The notes beneath the pieces were generated by a model. The model was not told where the DNA came from. It worked only from the letters and a program-made list of their open reading frames with translations, and made no database searches. DNA of 64,000 nucleotides, taken from Tubiluchus corallicola (Eukaryota; Animalia; Priapulida). Both the position numbers and the translations under genes were made by a program. Below, in pieces: positions 1-12,309 of the stretch. The stretch is taken from NCBI GenBank assembly GCA_030141605.1, contig JAQGDQ010000524.1, positions 90,041 through 154,040 of the forward strand, given 5' to 3'. Every line of letters begins with the position of its first letter. Within the stretch, counting starts at the first letter, position 1.

Positions 1-102
1 CGATTTTATCACGTCTGCTATATACATGTTATTTCCGTGCTATTGCTTATATTGATCATTTTTCAGTACTTATTTTATACATAGTTTAGGTAGACTTCTT
101 AA

Positions 103-699
103 CCCTCATAGGGTCACGATTTTTTACAACCGATTTTGGTAACTGGGGGGGGGGGGTTAAAAATTACCCCCAGACCAGTTTTTTGCATTTTACCCTTTTA
201 CCATACGCATCCCAGTAAACCCTTTCTATGACTTTTTCTAAACATGTTTTGTGCACAAAATACTTTCAGTTATTTATTTTATTCGCATTGTCTCACCACG
301 AAATAAAAGTGAAAATGCAATAAGTCGACTTTTTCAAATTGTCGAAACTTTACTTCGCTTGTCTATACATTATACGGGCGATGTATCTGATAAAACAAAA
401 TGTCAGTTACTCAAATTACTCCACCTAAAAGAAGAAAGTAGTAGACAATAAATTCAAAATAACAATGATTTTGCACACGCGCTTACTACAGTTATTCCTG
501 CATAGATAAGGGAACATAACTAAGTGAATTTAAATTTCGTATTACTAGTAAGTCACATGTCTCTAAGCAGAGGTATAATGCATCCTATGGTGGTCAGCAT
601 AACCACAAATTATGCTGTTGATGTTTACTAATGAAACACGGCAGTTTATCAAAAGTAATTTAACAAAATCGGTTGTAAAAAATCGTGACCACATAAGGG
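103..699. mobile_element. piggyBac-like non-autonomous element (MITE)
   Basis: TTAA at 99-102 and 700-703; ~40-bp imperfect TIRs (CCCTCATAGGGTCACGATTTTTTTACAACCGATTTTG vs reverse complement of CAAAATCGGTTGTAAAAAATCGTGACCACATAAGGG); no transposase ORF. Confidence 0.8.
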
Positions 700-717
700 T
701 TAAAGCAACACATGCTC

Positions 718-3700
718 CTATATCGGGGGAACACAAGAACTTTGACCATCAACAAAAAGCTGTTGTAGAACGTTATTGTTATTGGAATCATCTGCTTTTT
801 CTGTCTTTGGTATAACGTCTGTGGAAGGTTTTCTTGCCTTTCCTTTTGGCCAACCGCCACGATGCTTTTTCCTCCTGCTTGGCGAGAGAAATGGAGATTC
901 TCTTCTCAAGCGATCCTTCGTCAACTGAGCTTTGGTTTTTGTTTTCGGAATTTTCGGTTTTGCTATGAGACCCGTCGCAAGCGTGGTTTGTCTAGGACGT
1001 TTTCTGGGAGATGGTACAAGCCGAGGGCCGGGGAAGCCGCCAGTCGTCAAACGACTAGAGCGCCTTGTCTGGACGACATTGGCTTCAGATGACTGTGGTG
1101 CAGGAAGCGAAGATGGACGAGGTTTTCGGGGTTTGCCTTTTGGCCATCCACCTTTTCTTTTTGCCACCGCTGAAACTGGATTTAAGGACCGAGATTCGGG
1201 ATGTAATGAGGGCATTTGCACTTCTTCTGCAGCTGAACTGGCAACATTATCAACACTTGTGGTTCTGATGGGTTCGGGATGAAGCGCATTGACATTTTCT
1301 TCAGGTTTTTTCACACCTACATATCCAGATGTGTAATTCACAATCTCACCTGTATCTGTTTCATCTTGTTGGCTATTACATATGATAGTTTTAATTGTTG
1401 TACTGACATCACAACTTTCGATAGAACTACCTCTGCACACAGAGCTTGGGTGACAGCCCTGTTTTGTTGCATCCAAATTCGTTTTTTTCTCTGGACAAGA
1501 AGGAAGGTTTTGGTCAGTGTTACGAAGATCGAGAGATTTTCCTAGTATTTTGGAACCCGCAGAGGCAATTGTGGCACTGATAACCGTCACCTTACGCTTC
1601 AGGGGGATGCCATTTTTGACAGGCTCTGACGTCCCGTCCGTGAAAGACGTCTCTTTGCTATCACAGTCATCGCGTACGTGCTTTCGTAAGCTCGCAGAAT
1701 AATGAAAGAATCTTCCACAGTGGGGACACGTGTGCTGATCCTTCACTTGCTTTTCAACCTGGGCTTTTAACTCTTCCACAGAATGCTCGTTTCGGTGCGG
1801 ACACGTCTTCAAGTGCTTCTCCAAGTAGGATATGTAACTAAAACTTTTATCACAGGCCTTGCATTTGTGAATGTCAATGCAGTCGTCTTCAAGACGGGCT
1901 AGTTTATGCTGTCCTTTTACTGGCTTTTCAGTCCTAGCAACCTCGACTCTTGTTTTCTCGTTTGATGGAGTAACAGTTGTCGGCTTTTGCATAGAAAACT
2001 GTCTCTGTTTTCTTCTTCTTTTGCTTAGTAATCTACGGCGAGTAAACGGCAATGTTTTTGACTGCCACCCGCGAGGATTTTGTGCCAGATTTAAATTCTG
2101 CTGAGCATCATCTGCGCACTCATAGACGATGTGCGAGTGAAAGTCGGACAAATTAGGAAAGACGCGGCTGCACTTCGTGCAGGAAAAATCTTCTCTTGTG
2201 TTGCCCAGGATGTTGTTGGCTAACGCATCGTCGTTTAACAGCCCAACAGGGCTCACGAACCGGCAGAGCTGGGACGTGACCACGAAGTCATAGTCCGTAA
2301 AATCTATGTTGGGATGTGAACTTACCTGATGTTTTACCAATGAGCGATCGTCTTTAAGGTCCTTGAGACAGACGAAGCAGGTGTTTGAATTGCGGCACCT
2401 TTCGAAGTCTCCATTGATCATATTTCTAACTGGAGCAGGCAGCGCGGCCACATGTCCCCGAGAAAAACCACGAGACGAGGGGGCTGTCAAATCCAAGGGC
2501 AGATCATTCGCAATTAGAAATTCTCTAGCATAACTGATGTTGGCCGAAGGGTCAACGCGGTCAGTAACTTCAATGTCATGCTTTCCCAGCAAGTGCTGAG
2601 AGTATAAGGCATGATTTCGAAAGAGAACTCTACAAACGGGACACTGATATATCTGAGCTGTAGCAATGCCGCACTTCATCGCGGGAATTCTGTGCGGAGC
2701 AGGTTGTGAAACTACTGCCTTAATATCGTAGCATTGTTCCGTTTCCGTTTGCTCAGAAACCTCTTTCTTTACTGTCGCACAAGGTAGGGCAAAATTGTAC
2801 TTTTCTAAACTAATCTCGTCGCATGCACTTGTCGTGGTTTCGTCCTTCACCGCAGCTGACAGCGCCGCCATTTTCTGAATCTGATCAACTTTTCCGTCGA
2901 GGAAATAGGTCAGATTATCACATATGTTTTCGGCGATGTTGATCAAAAATGACGTGTCGATGTTGTTGATGCCAACTGCGCTGCCGGCCGGACTATTATG
3001 AGGTTTAAAATAACGTTCGTGCCTCAAACGACGATGCCTACACATGTTTGCGTAGTGCTCGAATGTCTTACTGCATATGGAGCAGACGTATTTCACTTTG
3101 GAAGTCCTATCGTCCGGCAGCAGTTCCGCATTCGCGTCACTAGCACTTTCCGAAGTGACACCTTTTGCACTTTCGTGGCTCTGGAGATGTTCGTTTAGCG
3201 AGGCTTTTGACGGGAAATACTTCAAGCACTGCGGACACGGGTGAAACTTGTCGCTGTGCAAATTCCGAATGTGCTTCTTCAGGTCTCCACTTTGGCTAAA
3301 CCTGGACTTGCAATGGGAACAGTAATACGGCTTGACGCCCTCATGAATTCGCTCGTGCCGTCGCTGATTGGTGCTCGTAGGAAACCTCTTCGAACAGTAC
3401 TTGCAGGAGTACGGCTTCGCTCCGGAATGGACGGACATGTGTCGCACGAGGTTCGGCATGTGTGCGAAGGTCATCGGACAGCTCGAACACACGTAAGACT
3501 TGTCAGCAGCAATGGACCTGTGATGGCTACAATGTTCTTTCAGTTCACCGACGCCGGGAAACTGCATAGCGCAAATGTGACAGCAGTATAAATCGATCGG
3601 CGCATTTTTTAATGTGCAAAATCTTTTGCCAATTTTAGTTCTTTCAATGTTTTTGAAATGATTTTGAACGTTTACGTTAATTCCGCAGTTCTGCACATCC

Positions 3701-4247
3701 TGCTGAGACAAGTAGTCGTAATTCAGGTGCATTCGAAGGTAATGTCTCTTTAGGCTGAAAGCGTGGCGATAAATACCCGAGCAGACATCGCATCGGTACA
3801 GCGTAGTTCCGGATTTACCTTTAACACGAAAGACGGGTTTCACCTCGAACTGATATTCATATTGTGGAAGTGCACAATGTTTTGCAGCAGGTTTTGGTTG
3901 CTCAACCTTGCGTTCGTAAACCGTGCTTCCTTTTTTCGCATCATCGTTGAAACATGTTTGAGTTCTTCGGCTGTCATTTTTATCCGTATTATCCGCTTTT
4001 TCACTCACGTTGCACGTAGATATCACATCTTCTTCGCGTGTTTTGCTCTTTTCGCAGTCAATTTCACAACATTTATCACCATTTTCACGTGATGTCGACA
4101 GCAACAATGACGAGTCGGTTGATGAGTTATCGCAGTTGGTTGACATCACAGTATGAGACGCATCGTCATTGTTACACCTGCTGGCGTTGTTGTGATTCGT
4201 TTCGTTATTTTCGCGTCTATGAGTTTGTCTCTTTGCGATTTTGTTCG
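718..4247 (-). CDS. PRDM2: PRDM2-like last coding exon (multiple C2H2 fingers, PLDLT motif, basic C-terminus)
   Basis: Acceptor ctttttgtttcAG before 4247; in frame with ORF 718..4149; TAG stop at 720-718. Confidence 0.9.
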
Positions 4248-7200
4248 CTGAAACAAAAAGGTGAATTAGCAGTCAAGATATTTCTTAAGTGGATGTGGTA
4301 GTTAAAACTAGAGTTCTAGCAATACACCTAGGTGACTGTACTAAACATACCATTGTACTAACATCACGATATACCTGAGTCAACATTTGCAGGTTTTATC
4401 ACTAAAAAACTAGATGAAGCCATTGATGATAATTGCTAAATGTATTTTATCAATCCAAAGTTTCAGGATTAATAAGTGTTAAAATAGCTACAGTCAACCT
4501 CGGGTATAAAGTACTTGCTTATAAGGGACCACCAACACCGGTCCTGATTTTTCCTAACGTTTTTCCTTATAAAAATCTTCTTATATAAAGTACTTGGATA
4601 TAAGGATCATTCGATTATAAGGGGCGATATCTTCAGGTCCCGCGAAATAGAAACCCAGGTAAATTATCTCGCTATGATCAAATATTTTTTGCATTATAAA
4701 AAGCCTATGCCGAGACCCCGTGCGGGCCCGACTGTATTCCTTTGGACTACGGTCGGATCTGGTGGCTGTGATGATGTGGGTAACTAGATGAAAATATGAA
4801 AAAGAAAAAGTCGCTAAAGCGAAACAGATCGATTTTTAACCACAATTTTTCGCAAACTCGGTGTTCGAACAACTCCGTTTCCGCAACTCAACTTCGGCTA
4901 TAAGGGGCAATTATTTCCGGTCCGGAGGTGTCCCTTATATCCGAGGTTGACTATAGATTAACTGTTTGATTTTTATTTATTACTTGTGTAAAGTGTAGGC
5001 TATTGTTGGCGTTGTAAGCTACAAGAAAAGCAAAACGTATCAGGGTTTAAAAGTTGATTGTACATGTCCTGGTTCACTTTTGCCATTTCACACGTCTTTT
5101 TCTAAACAACACAATTAGCCTACTACAGATTAAACACCTTGTATTTTGAACCACTTTGGCTGCTTAGCAGTGCCTGTGTTAAGTAAACTACAGCAACTTG
5201 AATTACTTTACTTTGAATTACTTCACATCGTCAGCATATGGCCAAGCGCGCAATAATTCGCTAACTATCACCGAATCAGATTATCGCAATACGGGCGCAC
5301 CTTGCCGATAAACACATCGCCATGAATGATATGATGATGCATCCATATGTTAATGCATTGTTACAAACCTACTTAAGGCTGCCAGGCCATAGAAACTCAT
5401 GCTTCATGCCTCACGCTCATGCTTCACGTCTAAATGCGTGAGTGGAAAAATGAACAAACGTAATCTTATTTGCGGTGGGCCATAGACCTCCGCTCACGCC
5501 TCACACTTCAAGCTTCACGACTCATGCGTGAAGCTAGAAGTGAACATGTTCACTTTTTCGAGACGTGAGTCCGGGGGCAGACTGGATATCAGAGTGTTTT
5601 TTGACTGCAAGGACTATTCATTTCACGATCAGAGTTAGAACTGGACATTGTGACCTAAACCTTTTCAAATTTTTCATTTTCGGTTTTTGTTTTTATTATA
5701 TGGTCATGTCAGTATATCTGAAAAACATAAAATAATTAAATTTTACCCTTCAAAAACATTTTGGAATTTTTGTGTGGCCTTTCTTTTTTATCGGGGGGGG
5801 GGTGTTTAGATCTACTTTTTTATGTGGTCATGTCAGTGCATGCTTATCTGACAAACATACTTTGACTAGTAATTACCACCTGAGAGTTATGATGAGTTTT
5901 TGTTCTGCTTCGATTGGCCTCCTCCAATTTGAATAGCGTGGCTTCAGATGTCCTAGCACGAGGGACTTTAATGTACTGTAAGTCTTGTACGACATCCTTG
6001 TATAATTATGAAATAGTTCTTCATCAGGATTGTCCACGAGGTGTTGAAACGTCCGCTGAAATTCTCCTCTGGATTCTCTGAGCAAAAAATGCTCCCGGCA
6101 CCATATTCTCCATCTCTTTCGCTTCCTTCTTCTGAGACACAACAAGATCAAGAAATCTTCCTCGTCAGATGATTCCATTTTGAATGCGCAACGCAGACTC
6201 GTGTGTGAAGCGTGAGAGCATGAGCCCCTATGGCCCAGTGGGCCATGAAGCATGAAGCATGAAGTATGAAGTATGAAGCGTGAGGCATGAAGCATGAGTT
6301 TCTATGGCCTGGCAGCTGTAAGCTGTTGCTATAACAACCACATTAGTACTACATGAAATTGTCTCTAAGGCTTGGCTTTCACTAAGTAGTGTTTAAATGA
6401 GGGAGAAAACACTAGCAAGTCAGGTAGATACCGGCAAGAAAGGTAGGTGGTTTCAAGCAAACAGAAAGAAATTAACCAGTAGAAATATGAATGAAACTCA
6501 TAAAATGTTTTAATTTACATGATTTAAGCAGTATTAATGCATTGATTTTTAATTCTGGAAGTATCTCAATTCGTCTACATTCCTAGCTTCCTATGGAAGT
6601 TTTGGTTTCACTTAACGATGTATCGCTTAACGCCGTTTCGTTTAATGACGTTTCGCTTAACGTCGCATTTTGCGGGAAAGCATATGAGTCGTTAAGCGAA
6701 GACTTACTGTATTTAACAAAGTGTGAACAATTAGAAAATACATAAAAATGCTACGCGTGCATCTATCTCAAGCACAGAAAAGTAATTACGTTTCAATATT
6801 CGGCGAACGATCTCAATGTTTACCTGGTTTGCTGGACTTTTTCGACTTTCTTCTTGGCTTCAAATCAGGTTTTACAAACCACGTGAGAAGTTCTTCTCCC
6901 AGATGTATATCCTGGAATTTTGACAACGAAATAGTAAATAATACTGCAAACAATGTTGAAGAAGTAACGATAATTAAATCCTACGAATACAAACGGAACA
7001 TTGTTACACTTGGAAAGTACTTTTAAGAAAGCCTATCATAGGCTTCGCATATATTGTCACATTTTTAGTCTAATGTCGCAGTGAGACTAGCACCTTTTTT
7101 CGTCAAGTAACTCGCAAGTGTGTTCAGACTAGAGAGCAGAACTTCTTGTGAGTTACTCACTGACAGTAAGTGTGAGCTGACACTCACTCCTATGTTCGCC

Positions 7201-10200
7201 GCGAGAAGTGTCGAGAGTAACTCGCAAGCATGTTCAGACTAGCGAGCAGAACTTCTTGTGAGTTACTCACTGACAGTAAGCGCGAGCTGACACTCACTTC
7301 TCTGTTCACCGTGATAAGTGTCGAGAGTAAGTCCTCCCCCGTGAACAGTAAAAAAGTCCTCCTCCGAGAACAGTAAAAAAGTCCTCCCCCGAGAACAGTA
7401 AAAAAAGCCCTCCCCTGAGAACTGTAAATATAAATTGGCTCGTTAATTGATAAGTTATTATACCTTAATGGCTTTGTAGTAGATCTCCTGTTCCTTCTGT
7501 GTCGAGACTAAGTTCTGCTCTTCAAAGTATCGAGCACAGTTTACGTGTCGAAGCCAGTTTGCGTGAACTGCATCCGTGGCATCCAGGTAATAAAGGAATC
7601 TCTTGGTATTGTCATCTACGACCTCAAAATGAGACAGAAAAAAATATAGCAGCTTCAGTTATTACACAAAATGTACGCTTCTTAATGGTAAAGGGGCACC
7701 TGAAGTACGTTTCAGAAAAATCACATAAAAATTATATTACATTAAAGCAATTTTATGCGCATATCGTACTCGTGTTAAAAGGAATTTTGTTTGTTTTCAT
7801 TTCCCGCAATACTGTTCCGACGGCGCCATTACATGACGTCATATAAGCACAACGTAAACCAAGGGAAGAAAAGGAAATGTTAAATTATGTCCCAAAAAAC
7901 TTTCCATGCAAATCTATATTACCTAGCATTTTGCTTACCTGCTTGAAAGACTTAGGTAACTTGAAAAGAAAATTATTAATTATAATGTTTTCACCAAATG
8001 GTAAAATGTCATTGCTTCGCCTCCAGGGTGCACCACTCGCTAACCAAAAAAACGCATTTTTAATCTTATTGACAAGAAGCAGTAATTTAATATTTTACTT
8101 AGTTAGTAACATGTGTGCTACGAATGCTTTCATTATTTTTCACACAACGTTATTGAAACTTTATTCAAATGACTTATCATCAAAACTGCTATGCCTAACG
8201 GTCATCGCTGGACATGAATTTACAAGTTTTACACAGTGTTACTACCGATGCAAGACCTGCATGCAAAAAGGCAGCATGTAAGTGGCGCAAAATTTTAAGA
8301 CAAATTTTTTATGCTTTATGTAAGTGAAGGGTTTTCTTGTATTTTTAAACCAAATTAAATTGAGAATTAAATTAAGGAATTTAAATTAATTAATTTAGGA
8401 ATTAAATGATAAACTGATCAATGACCTATTTATAGACACTTTTTTCAATTACAAATTCCTCCAAGCAACACGAAGGGCAGGTAACATCTCTTGCAAGTGA
8501 AACTGCAAATACTAGGCGAAAGACAAAAGCCACATGACTGATTTGCAAATGGAAAGACATGTCTGATGATTTTCAACTTATAATGGGTGAGCTACCAATT
8601 AACGTAGATGCAATTTTGTCATGGAAAATTGCACAGCTAAGCAGTCTGCTGGATAAAAGAATTTATAAGAAACTATTCTGCATGTAGGGTGAATAGAGGT
8701 AGCCAAACATGCACTTCAAGAAGACTGCAAAAAGTTCAAATTATTCCACATTGTCAGTAAGATCAGTGTGTTTTTAGTGAGCCAGTGATGCACACTGGGA
8801 TGGTGATACACTAGTGGTGTACCAGGTGGTGTAAATATTTTAAATTTCTTTTTCTTTTTCTTCTTCAATTACATATGCCTTTCAAACAGGTAAGCATAAT
8901 GTTGAGAAAATAACCTTGTATGGAAAGTTCTTTGGGATATACATTAAAATTTCCAGAGGATGAACAGAACGACAAACAAAAAAATGCAAAAAAGAATGAC
9001 TATACTAAATAACCAATCAACTGTTAACCAATCAGCTGTTAAAAAAACTTACACATTAAAAAAACTAAATGAGCAACAAAAATGTTTTTCTAAATTTTAC
9101 CTCCCACACAAAAAGAGGATTCATGCTACTGACTGGTTCATGTCTTATTTGTCCCTTGTATGGCCCAAAAGTTTCACCCTCAGAGATTCGTCTCTTCGTC
9201 CAGATTCCTGTAATCACGTTAAACCATTAGATTATGATGTCTTCGACATTCTTTCCGAGGTCTTAAATTAGTAAACTAACTCATTATGATGTCTTCGACA
9301 TTCTTTCTGAGGTCTTAAATTAGAAAACTAACTCATTATGATGTCTTTGACATTCTTTCTGAGGTCTTAAATTAGTAAACTAACTCATTATGATGTCTTG
9401 AACATTCTTTCTGAGGTCTTAAATTAGTAAACTAACTCATTATGTCTTGAACATTCTTTCTGAGGTCTTAAATTAGTAAACTAACTCATTATGATGTCTT
9501 GAACATTCTTTCTGAGGTCTTAAATTAGTAAACTAACTCATTATGATGTCTTGAACATTCTTTCTGAGGTCTTAAATTAGTAAACTAACTCATTATGATG
9601 TCTTGAACATTCTTTCTGAGGTCTTAAATTAGTAAACTAACTCATTATGATGTCTTGAACATTCTTTCTGAGGTCTTAAATTAGTAAACTAACTCATTAT
9701 GACGTCTTGAACATTCTTTCTGAGGTCTTAAATTAGTAAACTAACTCACTGCTACACTGCATCATTTATCTTAGAATTATTTGCAAAATTGTTGACAAAC
9801 TTTAAGTGAAATTCAAGTGACATTCTCTTGACCTTTATTTACAACAGTACAGTACGTGTATCTTACATCTTTTGCACAATGACCTTTCAGTGACCTTCAA
9901 ATGTGCCATGACTAGAGAAGTCGTGATCCTAATTTGGTCAAACTCTAATACGTCTTACAGGAGTCAACTTATTAATTTAGAAAGTGGCAAACCCTTGATC
10001 TATTTGGTGACCTTTAACCTTTTGCAAATTCAGGAATACCTTGACCTGCCTGCCTAAGGTCATCAAATGATTACCAAAACAGGTGCGGCAAGATCACATT
10101 TTACTCACAACTAAATTACCTGCACAAGAACAAATCACAAAGCTCTAAATTAGCAAAAAAGTGACAAAAAAATCACAACGAAAAAAGAATAAACTTAAGC

Positions 10201-10455
10201 GAATACAGAGTTTCAACACAGCCTGGAGAAACTTTGAAATTTATGAAAATCATAATCTGAGTAGTATGACTCTTTCATTTGTGTCTGTCACACATTAGCA
10301 GAAGGTGATGTAGAGACGTTACTAGAAAGAACCATACTACTCAGGCGCAACAAAAACTCACCAAGATGCTGTGACGCTGCCGACTGTTTGAGTTCGAATC
10401 CATCCGGAATCTGGACGACCTGGACGGCATCCTTCTCTGCTTCCGCTGAAGCCAT
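718..10455 (-). CDS. PRDM2: PRDM2/RIZ1-like PR(SET)-domain C2H2 zinc-finger protein, join(10455-10362,9207-9101,7622-7464,6911-6824,4247-718), ~1325 aa
   Basis: Exons splice in phase (94+107+159+88+3530=3978 nt). PR domain motifs IPDGFELKQS..LG/IWTKRRISEGETFGPYKG/NWLRHVNCARYFEEQNL/DIHLGEELLTWF. PRDM2-like segments CKYCSKRFPTSTNQRRHERIHEG, NMCRHRRLRHER, INIAENICDNLTYFLDGK, PLDLT (CtBP-binding type) and FSCTKCSRVFPNLSDFHSHI. Confidence 0.85.
4491..4953. mobile_element. Tc1/mariner (pogo/Tigger-like) MITE
   Basis: TA flanks; TIR CAGTCAACCTCGG(G/A)TATAA at both ends. Confidence 0.8.
5376..6318 (-). mobile_element. Internally deleted PIF/Harbinger DNA transposon
   Basis: 40-bp perfect TIR core GCTGCCAGGCCATAGAAACTCATGCTTCATGCCTCACGCT; TTA/TAA flanks; 7-bp CATGAAG subterminal repeats; contains a Harbinger transposase N-terminus. 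Confidence 0.85.
5873..6178 (-). pseudogene. Harbinger (HARBI1-like) transposase N-terminal fragment
   Basis: MESSDEED..RRRKRKRWRIW..RGEF..ELFHNYTRMSYKTYSTL..RRPIEAEQKLIITLR; no DDE core follows. Confidence 0.8.
6608..6710. mobile_element. Tigger-like MITE terminal fragment
   Basis: Repeated TCGCTTAACG motifs ending ...GTCGTTAAGCGAAGACTTACTG|TA; partner end not found. Confidence 0.5.
6824..6911 (-). CDS. PRDM2: PRDM2-like coding exon 4 (end of PR domain, DIHLGEELLTWF)
   Basis: ttccAG acceptor, GTAAAC donor, phase 0/1. Confidence 0.85.
7100..7332 (+). repeat. Dispersed repeat family A (about two ~110-bp units, AGTAACTCGCAAG...GTGAGCTGACACTC)
   Basis: Same units occur in reverse orientation at ~45940-46475; related sequence at ~53290-53510. 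Confidence 0.75.
7464..7622 (-). CDS. PRDM2: PRDM2-like coding exon 3 (PR domain core)
   Basis: VVDDNTKRFLYYLDATDAVHANWLRHVNCARYFEEQNLVSTQKEQEIYYKAIK; GTATAA donor; unusual gAG acceptor. Confidence 0.88.
7820..8345 (+). repeat. Dispersed repeat family B copy 1 (~520 bp)
   Basis: Colinear with 25500-26015 (GGCGCCATTACATGACGTCA...GGAAATGTTAAATTATGTCCCAAAAAACTTTCCATGCAAA...). Confidence 0.8.
9101..9207 (-). CDS. PRDM2: PRDM2-like coding exon 2 (PR domain)
   Basis: GIWTKRRISEGETFGPYKGQIRHEPVSSMNPLFVWE; tacAG acceptor, GTAAAA donor, phase 1/0. Confidence 0.88.
9231..9748. repeat. 52-bp minisatellite, ~10 copies
   Basis: Unit ATTATGATGTCTTGAACATTCTTTCTGAGGTCTTAAATTAGTAAACTAACTC. Confidence 0.95.
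10362..10455 (-). CDS. PRDM2: PRDM2-like first coding exon
   Basis: aaaATGG start, MASAEAEKDAVQVVQIPDGFELKQSAASQHL, GTGAGT donor; an acceptor before 10508 implies an upstream UTR exon. Confidence 0.8.
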
Positions 10456-10604
10456 TTTATAAGCAGAACTCAGCAGTGTAGACGACGCATGGAGTAACTG
10501 AGCAACGCCTGAATACAAGCAACAATTTCCAATACAGAAGACACTTAACCTCGCTTGAATTATTTTATCAATAATCGTAACAAAATCGTCTCTAAAGCAA
10601 GCTG

Positions 10605-11403
10605 GTATGCAGCATACAATTGTAGGGTCTTCTTGTAATGTAGTACGCAGCATACAATTGTAGGGTCTTCTTGTAATGTAGTACGCAGCATACAATTGTA
10701 GGGTATTCTTGTAATGTAGTACGCAGCATACAATTGTAGGGTATTCTTGTAATGTAGTATGCAGCATACAATTGTAGGGTATTCTTGTAATGTAGTATGC
10801 AGCATACAATTGTAGGGTCTTCTTGTAATGTAGTACGCAGCATACAATTGTAGGGTATTCTTGTAATGTAGTATGCAGCATACAATTGTAGGGTATTCTT
10901 GTAATGTAGTATGCAGCATACAATTGTGGGGTCTTCTTGTAATGTAGTACGCAGCATACAATTGTAGGGTATTCTTGTAATGTAGTACGCAGCATACAAT
11001 TGTAGGGTATTCTTGTAATGTAGTAGGCAGCATACAATTGTGGGGTCTTCTTGTAATGTAGTACGCAGCATACAATTGTAGGGTATTCTTGTAATGTAGT
11101 ACGCAGCATACAATTGTAGGGTATTCTTGTAATGTAGTAGGCAGCATACAATTGTGGGGTCTTCTTGTAATGTAGTACGCAGCATACAATTGTAGGGTAT
11201 TCTTGTAATGTAGTACGCAGCATACAATTGTAGGGTATTCTTGTAATGTAGTAGGCAGCATACAATTGTGGGGTCTTCTTGTAATGTAGTACGCAGCATA
11301 CAATTGTAGGGTATTCTTGTAATGTAGTACGCAGCGTACAATTGTAGGATCTGCTTGTAATGTAGTATGCAGCATACAATTGTGGGGTCTTCTTGTAATG
11401 TAG
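10605..11403. repeat. 38-bp minisatellite, ~21 copies
   Basis: Unit GCAGCATACAATTGTAGGGTATTCTTGTAATGTAGTAC. Confidence 0.95.
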
Positions 11404-12050
11404 GTGGGGTTGTGGGGGTGGGGGTGGGTGTGTGTGTGTGCATGTGTGTGTGTGCGTGTGCGTGCGCATGTGCGTGTGTGTGTGCGTCCTTTATCATTCT
11501 TAGATCTATATAACTAATATGACGTATGAAAGACAATGAATAATAATACTTTTTGAAACTTTTTTCTACTTTTTTGCCTCGTAAGTTTCCATATGAGTTG
11601 TATATTTTTATGGTACAGACACAATTAGTGCCTTAATAGTCTAAAGTATTATGCATTTTTTGATATTCAGGGGAATACAATGGGGAAAATTTTCAGTATG
11701 ATATCCACACAAAAAATCCTTACTAACAATATTTCCAGGAATTTTCCCATCCAGCAATCAATTGCTCAAACACTAAGCTATCGACAAATACAATCCACAA
11801 CCCGACAACTTACAAGCCAGTTATATCTACAGCCCAAGAATTGGCATTCGTATCTGATCAATTATTATTACAGCCGCGTATCGTGTACATTTTACGTATT
11901 CATGTATGTAGCAAATCAGAGGCTGACTCTACAAGGTTAGAATACATAGAGCTGCAGTGCAATAATTACTGTGTCAGTGAACTTCGACAGAACGAGTCTG
12001 CGTGCATTGCAGCAACTACGCATGTACTTTGCACCATGTTTTAGCTGTAC

Positions 12051-12185
<135 letters not shown>

Positions 12186-12274
12186 GCAGTAATTGTCTTT
12201 ATAACCTAAAGATGACTGCTAGTGTGCAGTTGAAACACTGATTTTTGTTAACGAAAATCTTACAAAATTCGTCG

Positions 12275-12309
<35 letters not shown>

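Noticed and set aside
4147-4149. ORF-track start for the zinc-finger protein
   Set aside because: The frame is open back to an acceptor at 4247, and four upstream exons supply the PR domain
9231-11403. CRISPR-like appearance of regular 38- and 52-bp repeats (also the 29-, 30-, 32- and 45-bp arrays)
   Set aside because: Units abut with no unique spacers, there are no cas genes, and the context is eukaryotic
10288-11536. Three long minus-strand ORFs (271-393 aa)
   Set aside because: They are translations of the 38-bp minisatellite; only 10455-10362 is a real exon
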